A stretch of DNA of 63,673 nucleotides, filler included, from Octopus bimaculoides (lineage: Eukaryota): NCBI RefSeq assembly GCF_001194135.2. It is 9 parts of 9 records of this genome, joined end to end, with 100 filler letters (N's around TTAATTAATTAA, not from the genome) between each part and the next. Parts side by side here need not be neighbours in the genome. Positions count along the whole stretch, not along the records: positions 29,804 to 46,937 come from NC_068993.1; positions 47,038 to 56,599 come from NC_068987.1; 7 more parts are not named here. One strand, written 5' to 3'. Positions 38,240 through 51,996 of the stretch are shown here, piece by piece. The notes under the pieces were generated by a model. It did no database searches. It was not told the origin of the DNA and saw only the letters and a list, made by a program, of their open reading frames with translations. Positions within the stretch are counted from its first letter, which is position 1. Each line of letters starts with the position of its first letter. The position numbers and the translations under genes are program-made.

Positions 38240-39830
38240 CACCCGTCTATTCCCTTTACTCTTTTGCATGACACTGACCCTACTCTCAAACGAATTAAAT
38301 AACACCACGTATGGGTTCAAAGTTCATAATACGACAATAAGGCATCTGTTTTATGTGGACGATCTGAAGCTGTTTGCTAGAAATGAGAAAGAACTAGAAG
38401 AGCTGCTAAAGAATTTTAAAGAGTTCAGCAAAACCATCGGGATGGATTTTGGGCATAAGTGTGCGAAAGCAATTATTGTAAGAAGCAAGTTTCCATTAGA
38501 TACCGATGGTAACATCAAGAAGCGTGACCCAATTGAAAGTTATAAATATCTGGGGATAAACGGAGGAGATAGTATACAACATGCTACATATGAAGGAAAA
38601 AAAGAAAGGAGAAAAAGTACTCATACTAAAACCTGAGCCTAACTCAAAACATCGCATTGAAACCATTCACACACTGACGTTTCCAGTAATCGTATAAAGT
38701 TTTAAGATCATTAACTTCATTAACATCATTAACTTACAGAGATATAACGACTGGACAGGGTGACAAGAAAACTACGAACATTTCTGAACATGCACCACCC
38801 AAAAGCAAATGTTGATCGTCTGTACCTACCTAGAATTAATGAGGGAATAGGAATAATGCAGGTAGAACTGTGCTATAAGACCTCCAAAGTAGGAACACAG
38901 GAGGGCTTTCCGTGTACAGAGGGCTGGACGCTGCGATTTGTGTGCAAACGCGGAAGCAGTAAAAATCACGATCGATTGTCAAAGGAACTTGAAAATTCAT
39001 ATGAAAACTTGGTACTAACCCTGAAATAGATGAAGAACCTGCAGACTGCAAGAAAGAACAGGCAGAAACGAAATGAGAAGCAGTGAAGCCAGAAGCCTCT
39101 CCATTGACAATATATATTTTGAAGTCGAAATAGTGATGTACACCAAGCAACAACCTATCAGTGACTGAGAAGTTCTGGACTGAAAGTAGGGACTTTTGTA
39201 TTAACAACAAAATATCAACGTTTGCTTACAAAATGGTACCAAGCTAACATTCTTCAAAATGTTTCTGCTACGCATTTCAGGAAACACCAGACCATCTCGT
39301 CTTATGATGTCCTGTGCTGCCACTAAAAGAATACAAGAATCTCCATGATCGTGTAGGACAGTATTTACGTTGGAAAATGTGAACGCTATAAAATTAGCAC
39401 TCCTGCTGACTAGTATCAACATCACACTGAGCCAGCCGTTGAAAGTAAAACTGTGACTATCCTCTGGGATTTTCCAGTCAACACTGACAGAATTATCGGG
39501 GATAATCTACCAGACATAATTATTAAAGACAAGGAAGAAAATATGGGTAGACTAAGTGTTGTAAGAGTACCCACACATAAGAATATATCTGTCAAGGAAT
39601 TTGACAAATTAAGTAAATATAATGACCTGGAAATTGAAATACTTGTGGCATCTTAAAACGAGAACTAATCCTATTATTGTAGGTGCCCTTGGTATGAAGA
39701 AAGGGATGTCAGAAACATTTAGATAAAATCCCAGGAGAACTATGTCTCAGAGACATTCAAAAGATTGTGCTGATTAGTACTGCCCACATCCTTAGAAAAA
39801 CCCTATCCATTTCAATTACTGTTTTATTAC
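38240..39830 (+). mobile_element. R4/Dong-type retrotransposon, RT C-half to RLE, decayed
   Basis: HLFYVDDLKLFA, IGMDFG, YKYLGI, MHHPKANVDRLYLPR, LHDRVGQYL, TILWDFPVNTDR..NLPDIIIKDKE, KEFDKLSKYNDLEIE, QKIVLISTAHILRKTLSI. Confidence 0.88.
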
Positions 39831-40085
39831 ATGAATATATTTCGCTACTGCCCGTGCCAGATCCCCCTCCCCAAGCTATTTCAATATTTTGACATCTTGT
39901 GGAGTTACCTCAATCCTTTCTATTTTAACCGAAATGAAGTAGATTGACAAATTTATTTCTTGAACCAATTGAAGACACAAGATGTCGAAATATCGTTCAC
40001 TAGATAACGATGGCACTCTTCTTTTAATTTTGACTCTATATCTTCAGGAGGAGTTACCTCAATCCTTTCTATATTAATAATAATA

Positions 40086-40134
<49 letters not shown>

Positions 40135-40772
40135 GGAATATATTCACAGACACGACAGAGCTGGGACCTATATACACTGGAAGCTATGCCATCATTATGG
40201 AATAGCAACAGAAAAAAGATGGTATAAACACACGCCAGAAAAGGTCACAGAAAACGAGAAAGCAACCATACTCTGGGATATGCCAANNNNNNNNNNNNNN
40301 NNNNNNNNNNNNNNNNNNNNNNNNNNNNNNNNNNNNNNNNNNNNNNNNNNNNNNNNNNNNNNNNNNNNNNNNNNNNNNNNNNNNNNNNNNNNNNNNNNNN
40401 NNNNNNNNNNNNNNNNNNNNNNNNNNNNNNNNNNNNNNNNNNNNNNNNNNNNNNNNNNNNNNNNNNNNNNNNNNNNNNNNNNNNNNNNNNNNNNNNNNNN
40501 NNNNNNNNNNNNNNNNNNNNNNNNNNNNNNNNNNNNNNNNNNNNNNNNNNNNNNNNNNNNNNNNNNNNNNNACAAATACATAACAAAAACACCAGGACTT
40601 ACAAATATATATAACATACAGAAAATTGCACTACTGGGTACTGCACACATTCTACGCAAAACACTTTCAATACAGTAAACATAAGAGCACCACAGCAAAC
40701 AACAGCACATACCCAAGGCGCACAGAGCTGCGCTCGGTAGTGAAGTGAAAGCACGTTATAAAAATAAAACTA

Positions 40773-40775
<3 letters not shown>
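40135..40775 (+). mobile_element. 5'-truncated R4/Dong-type retrotransposon inserted in (AAT)n
   Basis: EYIHRHDRAGTYIHWKLC..ENEKATILWDMP, gap, IQKIALLGTAHILRKTLSIQ*, ~100-bp 3' UTR; (AAT)n at 40076-40134 and 40776-40834. Confidence 0.88.
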
Positions 40776-40837
<62 letters not shown>

Positions 40838-41291
40838 CAACAACAACAACATTAAGGGCTCCGCAGTCAATAACAATTATGACGAACGTGTACGAACAAG
40901 CTCCGTGCAGAGAAAAATTTAAACTGTGATCATCGGCAAGGACGATTTAAGAAATCGCTAAAGTATGTAAGAAAATTGTTAATATAAATCATTTCAGGAC
41001 ACCGAAATATTTCTCGCATATATGGAACATAGTTGTTGCCAGGCACATCGTCACAGCAAGACGTCTGTGAAAATATAAACACGTGGGGACGTGATATACC
41101 TACACAAGAATTGAAACAATAAGCGAGAATGTGATGTTCCTACAGAAAAAAAAAACTGTGGGTACAAATAATAATCGTATATGCATTCTAATTGATACAC
41201 GTATACACAAAAATGTAACGTTTATATAGTTCACATATGAGAAAATAGAAAAACAGTGTTTAAACAAATTAAAAGCGACAAATACTAATAC

Positions 41292-41330
<39 letters not shown>

Positions 41331-41338
41331 TGATGATG

Positions 41339-41402
<64 letters not shown>

Positions 41403-41405
<3 letters not shown>

Positions 41406-42560
41406 TAATATGCAACAAGTATCATTTTAAACAGACAGAAAAAGCAGATAAGATCAGTCATAGAATTGTATATTCATCTATGAGCCTCATGCGCTCACGA
41501 TACGGAAACAATATTAGAGTACACCCAGAGACGGTGTTCTGCTAAAAAAAATTAACTCTGGACAAAAAGACCCATCTCCTAGTGTCACTGCCCAAGCGGA
41601 AAACAAAATCAAAAGAGAACAGTGGAGAGATGACGATTGCATCAAAGTGATATGTGCATTCTACACTGCAAAGCTATACCTGGGAAACACAGAGATAACA
41701 AGAGAAACATACCAAATATGGAGAAGAACAAATACTGATAGAAGGAGAGAAGACTCGGAAAATACTCTTGTGAATGCCCCGCGATATATCCTGTGAGAAG
41801 GAAAAGTGCCCCAAACTGAAGTAGACAAACTAATATATAAAATACACAGGGAAGCGAGCTGGCAGAAACGTTAGCACGCCGGGCGAAATGCTTAGCGGTA
41901 TTTCGTCTGTCTTTACGTATTGAGTTCAAATTCCGCCGAAGTCGACTTTGCCTTTTTCCATTTCGGAATTGATAAATTAAGTATCAGTTGCGGACTGTGA
42001 ACGATCTAATTGATTGGCACCCTCCCCCATAATTTGGGGCCTTTAGCCTAGAGTAGAAAAGACTATATAAAATACACATCGAAAATAAAAGAAAGAACCT
42101 CATAACTCAAAACAAAGGGCTTCAATCAATCAAAAGAATACACCAGCCATTATAAATCCGAAACGCATAAGACACCACAAAAGAAAGAAGGGAACACAAC
42201 AGAGATAACACTGCATACAGCAACTAAAAGGCTAAACGAATGTAAAATTTCTACACAGCTACGCAACCCAGATATAAATCGAAGAGCATTGCAAATGAAC
42301 TGCACACACATACAGGTAAATACTGAAACGCAAAGCAATAACAAACAAAATAACACATACCACAGCGGACCAGCTATAACCGAGGACGGAAAAGAACCGA
42401 GTGAAAAATAATAAAAATAGAAGAATAAGTAAACATGAGACGGTCAAAGAATATGGACCAGCGCAGACATCACACCAGGATACAAAATATAAACAGCTAT
42501 GTGAAAGGATAAATAGATACACCAGAGCCTTACAAGTAATAATGACCTAATAAAAGATTA
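41403..42560 (+). mobile_element. 5' region of an R4/Dong-type retrotransposon, interrupted by a SINE
   Basis: KREQWRDDDCIKVICAFYTA..TYQIWRRTN..NTLVNAPRYIL resembles the R4-clade N-terminal domain (recall); begins right after (AAT)n 41290-41402. Confidence 0.6.
41849..42063 (+). mobile_element. tRNA-derived SINE, family E
   Basis: Head gcgagctggcagaaacgttagc, B box gagttcaaattcc; perfect 15-bp TSD tatataaaatacaca (41834-41848, 42064-42078). Confidence 0.9.
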
Positions 42561-44937
42561 CATATTTTAATTATAGGTTTTATTTCTTAGGTTCATAATT
42601 TGTTTCACTGGAAGAACTGTAGCCTTGGTTAAGAATATTTCATCTGCAAAGGGGTTGGGGTTTATTTTCTAAAAGAAGATATCCCCTTAAATTAATTCAC
42701 ATCCAAGAAAAGATTTATGTGCTGCAGCGAATAAGTTCTGTGTGCGTTTGTGCGTGTATGTGTGCGTGTAGGTGTGTGTGTGTGTGTGTATATATAATTG
42801 TTTGTCTATGTACGTGTACACATATGTGTGTCTGCGGTGGTTTGCATATTCATTCTTAATGTCTATACTTTCTATTACTCTTGTCGATCAACAAGACCTG
42901 GATTTCGCAAACGCTTTGAGCTTTTCCAATATTTTTCTGTTTAGCAATGATCATTCAGATTTATTTCTCCAGCCAGTATAATTTTGAGGCATATTATTCC
43001 TTCAATTCAGATTTTCTACTGTTTTTTGCATACTAGTTGTATCTTGCGTATTCCAGTTGAGATCAGTCAGCATTACATATGTCTATAATTCCTATGGTAT
43101 CGAATGAGAGTGGTATATATTTATTGAAGGAACGGGAAAATTTTTAATGAAATAGAAATATCTCCCTAAGAAAACTTTTGTGGTGAATTGATGTATGGGA
43201 ATGAAGCAAGTCTAATTTTTGTGACAATTACATTTCAAAGATCTGTATTGTTTAAAAACTGAAGAAACAGCGAAGAATGTGATATAGCCGTGTAGTTTGT
43301 ATTAAGAATATATGCGTCTAGAAATTTACTAAGTTGCTCAAAAATGTCCGACTTTATGTGTAATGTAGCAATTATCTTCCTTATTTTGCGATACTAAAAT
43401 TGTTGTTTAAGAATATGAAACCAAAATATGCTGTTCTCCTCATACCATTTAAACAATACAACCAGAAACCGTTCACAGTCTTCTAACATTCTTAAGATGG
43501 GGGTAAATTTGGATATAATAGCATGGTAGTATAGTTATGTTTTATATAAATTCACTCACGTGTAACTTAGCAAACTTTTGATACTTTTCTAAAATGTCCC
43601 TGTTGTATGGTTGAATATCAGAAATTAGTCATAAAGTTGAAATATTTGCAATACTAAACAGCCAAATTATAATAAAATGAGGGAGGCCTAAATAAAAATC
43701 TCCAACCATTAACCTTGCAAAGTTTCTTTCCTCAAACATGAAAAGAGCGGGAAAGGTTATTTTTTTGATTTGCATTTTTTTACAATTGTGTGTAATCCTT
43801 ACATCTGCAAGTTCAGAAAGTTCGCCGTTTTTTAAAGATTTTTAGCAGGTTTTAATTTTATTCTTCAGCTAGATTACGTTTTGCTATGACTAACGGAAAC
43901 AATATCACTTTCTAAAGGTGTTACATGTCTGTCTCAAATCTGTACATTAATTTTGCTACTACTGGAAATATTCACGATTTGGTTATTGTAGTGATATATA
44001 AAGAAAAACTTGCTTCAATGTCAGTAAATCAGAAGAATAAGACAGGGAACAAATAGGAGATTTATATTCTAGTAATTATTCATTCTTAGTGTTGGTTCTA
44101 AAGCAGCAATCCGCATTGTGCTACATTTTTTTCTTCTTCCAGTTTGAGGTGAATCATAAATTTTGTTAGCATACTTCGGGGAGCAAAACTATGACACCTA
44201 TATCAAGTACATCCCACCAACAGTACGGCAATAATCATAAAACGTCTTCTAATGTAATCAATAACGCTCCTTAGGGCTTAAGGTCAATTCGCCAGAAATG
44301 TAGCCAAATTTATGAGGAATATTGCATGTATCATAACTCATATACTTGTTTGCAAATAGACAAAATAAATAATTATATAGAATACAAATTTCCTTATGTA
44401 CAAACAAGCCTCGTTAACAAGCATTATAATGTAGTTTCAAACAGTCTCATACATCGTACATAGCAAAATGTTTTCTTGAATTAATTTACAATTAGCAAGA
44501 GACTATGTTGTTGAAAGTTTAATATATACATAGACATTATGATGGGAATGCTCTGCACAAAATATTCAGAAAGCATATGGATATAATATGACTAAGCGTG
44601 GTTTGTTTTTTCAGTACCGCTGAGCGGCACAGTCGATAAAGTAATCTGCCATAGCCTCAAGCCAACCATTAATTTCGTAATTTTGTGACTGATTTTCAAG
44701 ATGGATTTTATATTGAAGTCCGTTGTGTATATATATATATGCTATTTGGACTGTGCCTGATCACTGTGTTGAGGTGTGAGACCTGATGTAAAACACTGAT
44801 TGGCATGTTCTCTTTGCAAGAACTATTAGTAGCACATAAGAACATGTATTGTGTGTATTAAATTACATTTATCTCACACGAGACGGAGTAATTGTATTGT
44901 TTATCTTATCATCAAGGAACAGTACAATGTATATATA

Positions 44938-45031
<94 letters not shown>

Positions 45032-45403
45032 TAGATAGATAGATACATGCATATATATATACATATACATACATATATATATATNNNNNNNNNNNNNNNN
45101 NNNNNNNNNNNNNNNNNNNNNNNNNNNNNNNNNNNNNNNNNNNNNNNNNNNNNNNNNNNNNNNNNNNNNNNNNNNNNNNNNNNNNNNNNNNNNNNNNNNN
45201 NNNNNNNNNNNNNNNNNNNNNNNNNNNNNNNNNNNNNNNNNNNNNNNNNNNNNNNNNNNNNNNNNNNNNNNNNNNNNNNNNNNNNNNNNNNNNNNNNNNN
45301 NNNNNNNNNNNNNNNNNNNNNNNNNNNNNNNNNNNNNNNNNNNNNNNNNNNNNNNNNNNNNNNNNNNNNNNNNNNNNNNNNNNNNNNNNNNNNNNNNNNN
45401 NNN

Positions 45404-45440
<37 letters not shown>

Positions 45441-45975
45441 CACGCAAACAGACTCATATATGTGTGTATGTATCTATGCCTTTTAGTGTGTGTTATGTTT
45501 ATTTACTGGTATACTTTTACATTTTACCTTCTTATATGTTGATCGCGTTTCCTTCTTACTTTTCCCTTCCCAAAACCTGCTTCCCTTCTATTTTGTTCGG
45601 TGTATTTATAGTTATGAATTACATGATAATGCGCATAACTTTGGATGTTTGATCTATTCAATAAAATGCAACAAAGTTTTCCCCCTTATGACCTTTTTCG
45701 GCTAAGCTTGCAAATGCACTTATTCCTACCACGGTTGAGTTCTACAAAAACTGCAGTGATGAAATGTACGTAGGAACTATTAATTTAAACTGTTGTTTCT
45801 CTTAATTTTCCACTTTATATGCAATGTATATCATAACTTGTAACAATGCCATGTACAGCGGTAGAGTAACTCATGTAATGATAAACTCACTGGATAATAA
45901 GAATGTCTGTGAATCTCAAACTCATACAGTAGTAGTCGTGCATCGAACTGTAGATACAAAGGACACAAACACAGA

Positions 45976-46023
<48 letters not shown>

Positions 46024-46773
46024 CACACATATACACATAGACACACACGCACGCACAGCCGCACACACGTAGACACACACCGACGAACAAACACATACAC
46101 GCATACACTATACAGAGATCACGAGGCCAAATACGTATATATAACCGCAATACTATGCGGTTTATTTATAATTCTTGGAATTATCTGCTTTTGTTTCAGT
46201 AAACGTAAAATGAATTTAGGTTTTTGGACTTAGACACACACGCATAAGAGAGTAGTCTGCATTCGTTATTCCGTATACCACCACCAACTTTTTGTTTTCA
46301 AAATTATAACATAACCTCGTTTAAATTTTGAATATTCAAAGTGCACTTACTGAAATATGTATTTGTAATTATATTCTATATGCAAAAACATGTTCAAATT
46401 ATAAAAAGAGGTCCTTCAAACAATAGTTGAAACGATAACACCCGGCTGGCCATAGTTAAATTTAAGAGTATAATAGTTTCTTGATGGCACTGTAAATACG
46501 TTCGTATGTATGTATATAAATGTAGCATAAACAATCTATGCATGTAAGTAAGAAAGTTTCAGTTTTGACGTAGAATCAACTCTATTATGTAATAACTATT
46601 GATATAACGTATTTAATGTATGTGTATTGTTAAATGGTTATTGGCTGCGGTATGTCGTCCTGGGAAAGAACCTCTAAAGATACCACGTGTTGAGAAAAGT
46701 AGTCTATATCAAATGCTGGCAAAATAAATCACTACGGAGCAGAACATATGTCGATATTTCGATGTTATTTCAG

Positions 46774-46805
46774 TCCTGAAGATAAATTCAAATCGCTGGA
46801 CCAAG
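46774..46805 (+). CDS. Candidate 32-nt exon
   Basis: Acceptor gatgttatttcag, donor AAG|gtatgt; open as xPEDKFKSLDQ or xLKINSNRWTK. Confidence 0.28.
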
Positions 46806-46878
46806 GTATGTGCAGATACCGTAAAATTCATCTGCCGATGTGTAACTGCGCCGCATAAGTAAAACAAAATTCAGAAAC

Positions 46879-46937
<59 letters not shown>

Positions 46938-47037
46938 NNNNNNNNNNNNNNNNNNNNNNNNNNNNNNNNNNNNNNNNNNNNTTAATTAATTAANNNNNNN
47001 NNNNNNNNNNNNNNNNNNNNNNNNNNNNNNNNNNNNN
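46938..47037. other. Artificial 100-bp scaffold spacer
   Basis: 44 N + TTAATTAATTAA + 44 N. Confidence 0.95.
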
Positions 47038-47243
47038 CTTCCAGAGAGCATTTTTCTCAAATTATCTCAACCGACATTTCGGTAGAGATAAATTAGCAAA
47101 AGAAACGCAAACTTATTTTTTGCGTTTCTTTTGCACTTATTGCAGCGGTTCTTCAGTTTTTAAAAGCCTTGTAAAAGACTTCGGAAGGTTGGGCTTCTAA
47201 CCAGGCTTTCGTGATACTCTTAAAGTCAGGAACGTTTCGGCAC

Positions 47244-47289
<46 letters not shown>

Positions 47290-47859
47290 ATATATGTACG
47301 CTATTTTCGAAAATGTCACAGTAATCACTTCCACATTTTCAAGCATTAGACATCGAAGTGTAACAAACTACAAGCATCCTATATCTGAAAGTAAATGCAA
47401 TAAATTACTTCGGCGCACTGACCAGTGAAACGATAGAATAAAAATACTGAGAAATCTTATGTACTTTTCATCTCAACATTTGTGATAATATCATACAACG
47501 TTAGTAACATATTTATGTTTCAAGATTTGCCAAGCAGTTGTTACAATTTGCTGCTGACAAGAAAATTTATCATATCGAAATTTCTCTTTGACATACTAAA
47601 GCAAATGACAACAAATATCAAAAAAACAGACTAACACTATCACCACCACCACCACTGCTACATATAAACATTAACAACGTGTATTTCGAGCACTAAAATT
47701 GGCTACCAAACTATATAAGTGTATAGACATATTTATGGCCATGTTCCCACAAAAATACATACATCAATACATATACACACATACGTACGTACGCACATAC
47801 ATAAATACATACATACGTACGTACATACACACATACATACATACATATGTACATACATA

Positions 47860-47902
<43 letters not shown>

Positions 47903-48009
47903 NNNNNNNNNNNNNNNNNNNNNNNNNNNNNNNNNNNNNNNNNNNNNNNNNNNNNNNNNNNNNNNNNNNNNNNNNNNNNNNNNNNNNNNNNNNNNNNNNN
48001 NNNNNNNNN

Positions 48010-48066
<57 letters not shown>

Positions 48067-49621
48067 AGAATCTATGACCTCAAAATAGTAACAGTGTACT
48101 CCCACAAAGTTTTCTGTTATTCAATTTCTACACGCAAAAGTTCGGTCAAACTGAAGCTATGGCAACTGAACCTCTTATTCAAGTTGCCATGCTTTCGGAT
48201 AAAAAGCGAATCCTCAAAGGTTCGAAGCCAACCTCTTAAACAACACAATCTCGTCTACATCCATATTTGGAAATTAAAAGTAAAACGAAAAAAAGTTTGC
48301 TTCGTGAGTTCAAGTGTTATATTTCCATAATTTAAAAGTTAGCACGTGTCAGACTTTTGTCAGTTACCGAAATTTTATATGTACACATGCAAGACAATTT
48401 GATCAGCTCATGTTTGTTTCGTTCAGATTTAATCTTTAGTATTTGTGTTTCTTGCTTTCCGATAAAAATTTAAAAACTTAATATTATGTGGCAATTTCAA
48501 TACATCTCATTCTGTATTATTTACTTTGTTGTGGTGTGAGAGACTTGACTGTAAACCTTGTGTTTTCTGTAATTAAAGAAGTAAACACACTGAAACAAAG
48601 AAAACAGTGCGGATCATTTGTGAGGCAACTCTGCATTACTTTGAGTTCATTGCTGCTGTTTTTGTTTTTCAACCTCAGAACTACAGTTATTGAATATATT
48701 TAACAGTTACCATCCCATCTTGTATTCAGCGCCATATTAATCAATGTACCTCTCTCTTTTAACACTCCAAGTTTTGATTGGACAGCTATTTGACTACTGT
48801 TTCTAACTTGTTGAGCGAATGCGTACAGTCTCTTTTGTTGATTACTGAGTTATTGGTTTCAGTCTAAATGTCTTGCCTCAATATACTTTTATCAACGGTA
48901 CTTTTATCAACTGACGTTTTCCACTCTGGTATCTTATATGAACGAGAAGATAAGTATAGAGGATAAACATTCTTATTACGCTATAGGATGTCGCACTGGC
49001 GCACATCTCTGAGTGCAAAACCTCTTATATCCGAAACATCTGTAAGCTAATGAAGGTGATTATGTAACTACACTTCTTTTGTCATTCATGTCTTCACTGA
49101 TATATTTTATAGATGAATCAATAACATTCTGATGTGATCATTTTTTCTTCTGTGCAAAATAGTATCAGTTGGTTCCAAGTCTTGTCTGGACGGTTTTTAT
49201 TTCAGACATTTCATTCTCCTAGATGAATTACTCACCACAAGTGATGAGCATCATCTACCCTTGATTTTATTGAATGGCAGTTTACTCACTTAATTTCCTC
49301 CGCCCTTAGACGGGAGTTGTATTTCATTCTACAGTGTGTCCAAACATCATCCTCCTCACTAAGAAAGCTGGAGTCGCCGGTTTCGTCGCCGACGACCTGA
49401 CCATGAGGCAAGCTGTACTGGGTTACATGTCACCAGTATTGCAAGACCTAATATATACATAGATACATAGTTACATACATATACATATACGCCGGATTGA
49501 ATGGTACTGCCCAGGTATCGAAACCATAGTGATATCAGCGGTGCAGCTGATGATAGAAGCATGTTGAATTGTTAGTATAAGTGTTATCGTATGTGCAGAA
49601 TAGTTTTGTAAGATATCCATT

Positions 49622-49670
<49 letters not shown>

Positions 49671-50796
49671 TATAATGCTTTCATTCAACTTTCATGAGAA
49701 ATATACATATGATTCTACTAGAAAATATATCCGTTATGGCCCACTGAAGTGACTCAGCTATATCATTGTAAATAGTTATCTTCTGCGTTCAAAATATTTT
49801 AGCAAACCTGCTCCTCAGCCTTCCTTCCAATAGTCACTTTATGCCCATATATTTTCATCGCTGATCAAGCAATAACAACTACTTGAAGGGGAACTAATAT
49901 GCGAGCTGTGTACGTGACCTGACCTTGGGGTGGATAATATGACAAAGAAGGAAAATAAATACAGCGGATTGAAACGCATAACCAAGTAATTTACGAGAAA
50001 ATTGAGTTACGCCTTCGATATTATCAATGGATATCAAAAACAATCATGCAGTTATAATGTACACCAAGTATAATAGTAGTTATTGAGAGAAAGAGAGGGA
50101 GAAGGAAGAGAGACAGAGAGAGAGACAGAGAAAGGGAGACACGGAGAGAGAGAGAGAGAGAGAGAAAGAAAGAGAGAGAGAGCAATTAAATTGTGATTTT
50201 GCGACATTCAATCTTGCATAAAGAAAGAATGAATGTATAAGAACATTTTCCAAGAGATTTATACAGGTTTTTTTTTTATATATAATTTTCATTTAGATTT
50301 AGGTTTATCTTACAAAGTCATCATTATCGTATATGAGTAAGTATAAGGAATAATTTTCAAACTGTTTACAAAGACGACTATCAAGTGAATCGGATATACT
50401 AAATACACATGCTTGTTTCTGTCTCGGATTCCGAATTTTATCCTAATATCCATGAGCCCGATAAGTACTTCGTATTTTCGTATTTCATTTCAGTAACTCA
50501 CAAATTTTCACTGTCTCTTCATTCATTTTCTTACTATTCATCTCCTCCTCTTCCTCCTCCTCCTCCTCCTCATCATCATCATTCTTCTTCTTCTTGTACA
50601 CACATACACAAACTCGAGCGCGCGCACACATACGCAAACACAGACATACACACACACATACACACACACGTACACACACAAACATGCACACACACGCATA
50701 CACACAAACACAAACACACAAACACACACGCATACACACAAACACACACGCATACACACAAACACAAACACACGTGCGCAAATATATATTATACAT

Positions 50797-50930
50797 ATGC
50801 ATGACAGAGTGCTAAGAAGTCTGATTCCCGACCACGCGGTTTCAGATTCAGTTCTATTGTGTGACACCTTGGGCAACCGAAACTATGTCAGTGGAATTGA
50901 TAAATGGAAACTGAAAGAAGCCCGATTTAT
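50797..50930 (+). mobile_element. SINE family C head, degenerate and internally deleted
   Basis: gacaccttgggcaa..gtcagtggaattgataaatggaaactgaaagaagcccg. Confidence 0.7.
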
Positions 50931-50959
50931 GTGTGTGTATACATATACATTGGCACATA

Positions 50960-51295
50960 CAGGGTGTAGGGAATAAACTATCGTCTAAATTACGCAAAAA
51001 TGAAAATAACACTGACATCTCATTTTAACAAATATATCTACCAAAATTACATAAGAATAACTTGAAATACTAAAGAATAAATTTAGTCAATAAAATCGCT
51101 ATTGACTTCAACCACGGCCTCCAGACGACTTCGAAATCTCCTGCAGCTCTTCTGGACGGTCTCGTTGTTTAAGTTGGTGAATGCTGCCATAATTCTTGCC
51201 TTCAGTTCATCTTTGATGTTACAAGGAGTTTTGTTGGTCCCTCGCTCAACTGCACCCCACACATAATAACTAAGGGGGTTGCAGACTGGGGAGTT
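50960..51295 (-). mobile_element. Tc1/mariner (maT/DD37D-like) 3' end with TIR
   Basis: NSPVCNPLSYYVWGAVERGTNKTPCNIKDELKARIMAAFTNLNNETVQKSCRRFRSRLEAVVEVNSDFID*; terminal TA-cagggtgt. Confidence 0.75.
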
Positions 51296-51325
51296 ATAAT
51301 ATCATTGGTAATAAGATAGAAGATA

Positions 51326-51350
51326 GGCTTTATGCCTAGAGTAGAAAAGA
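51326..51350 (+). mobile_element. 25-bp 3' end of SINE family E
   Basis: ggctttatgcctagagtagaaaaga matches the end of the 41849 copy; perfect 15-bp TSD ataagatagaagata (51311-51325, 51351-51365). Confidence 0.85.
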
Positions 51351-51466
51351 ATAAGATAGAAGATAATAACGGTTCTTCGACCAGAAGGACCAATAAACAA
51401 TATGTTTCAATATGTTGATTACTTAAAGCGATTTATACATTATGTATACGAGTATGCTTCTTTATA

Positions 51467-51558
51467 TTTAAAAACCATTTCTGAAAGTATGTATGTGTTA
51501 CTTAAAATTTTGCATGTGTAAATTTAAAAACCATTTCTGAAAGTATGTATGTGATACT
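51467..51558. repeat. Local direct duplication, period 56 bp
   Basis: tttaaaaaccatttctgaaagtatgtatgtg at 51467 and 51523. Confidence 0.85.
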
Positions 51559-51996
51559 TACAGTTTTTCAATGAGTAAGATAAAACGGATATTCTAGATG
51601 AATTTGTTATGTGGCATATATCTATATACATATTTTCTTAACATAATAGAGAATAAAGCAAATAATTATATACAATGGTATATGTATGAATGTTTATATC
51701 TATGTATGTATATCCGAGGTCGACATTAAAACACAAGGATAATATATGTCTACATTAAATTTCGAGGATATCTTTGTCGAATGTCTATATGGTGTATGTC
51801 TTACAAAGGAAATAGAAAGAGCTGAGAGATCATTTCACAGAGGGACAAAGCTAAGTGCAGAATCTAAGTTGGCTATATTCGAGGGTTCAGGGTTCAAATC
51901 ACAACTAGCAAGTCTTCTAGCGACTTCAGAACACGGTTTGGTGGGAAATTTCTATCACTTTAATGTGTTCTGCCATGAACTGGTTCATGTCAACCA

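Noticed and set aside
48159-48190. 12-bp hairpin atggcaactgaa/ttc-a-agttgccat
   Set aside because: Short, isolated, no functional context
49335-49410. Sulfatase N-terminus (PNII...FVADDL)
   Set aside because: Motif halves are separated by an extra ~9 residues; not a credible match
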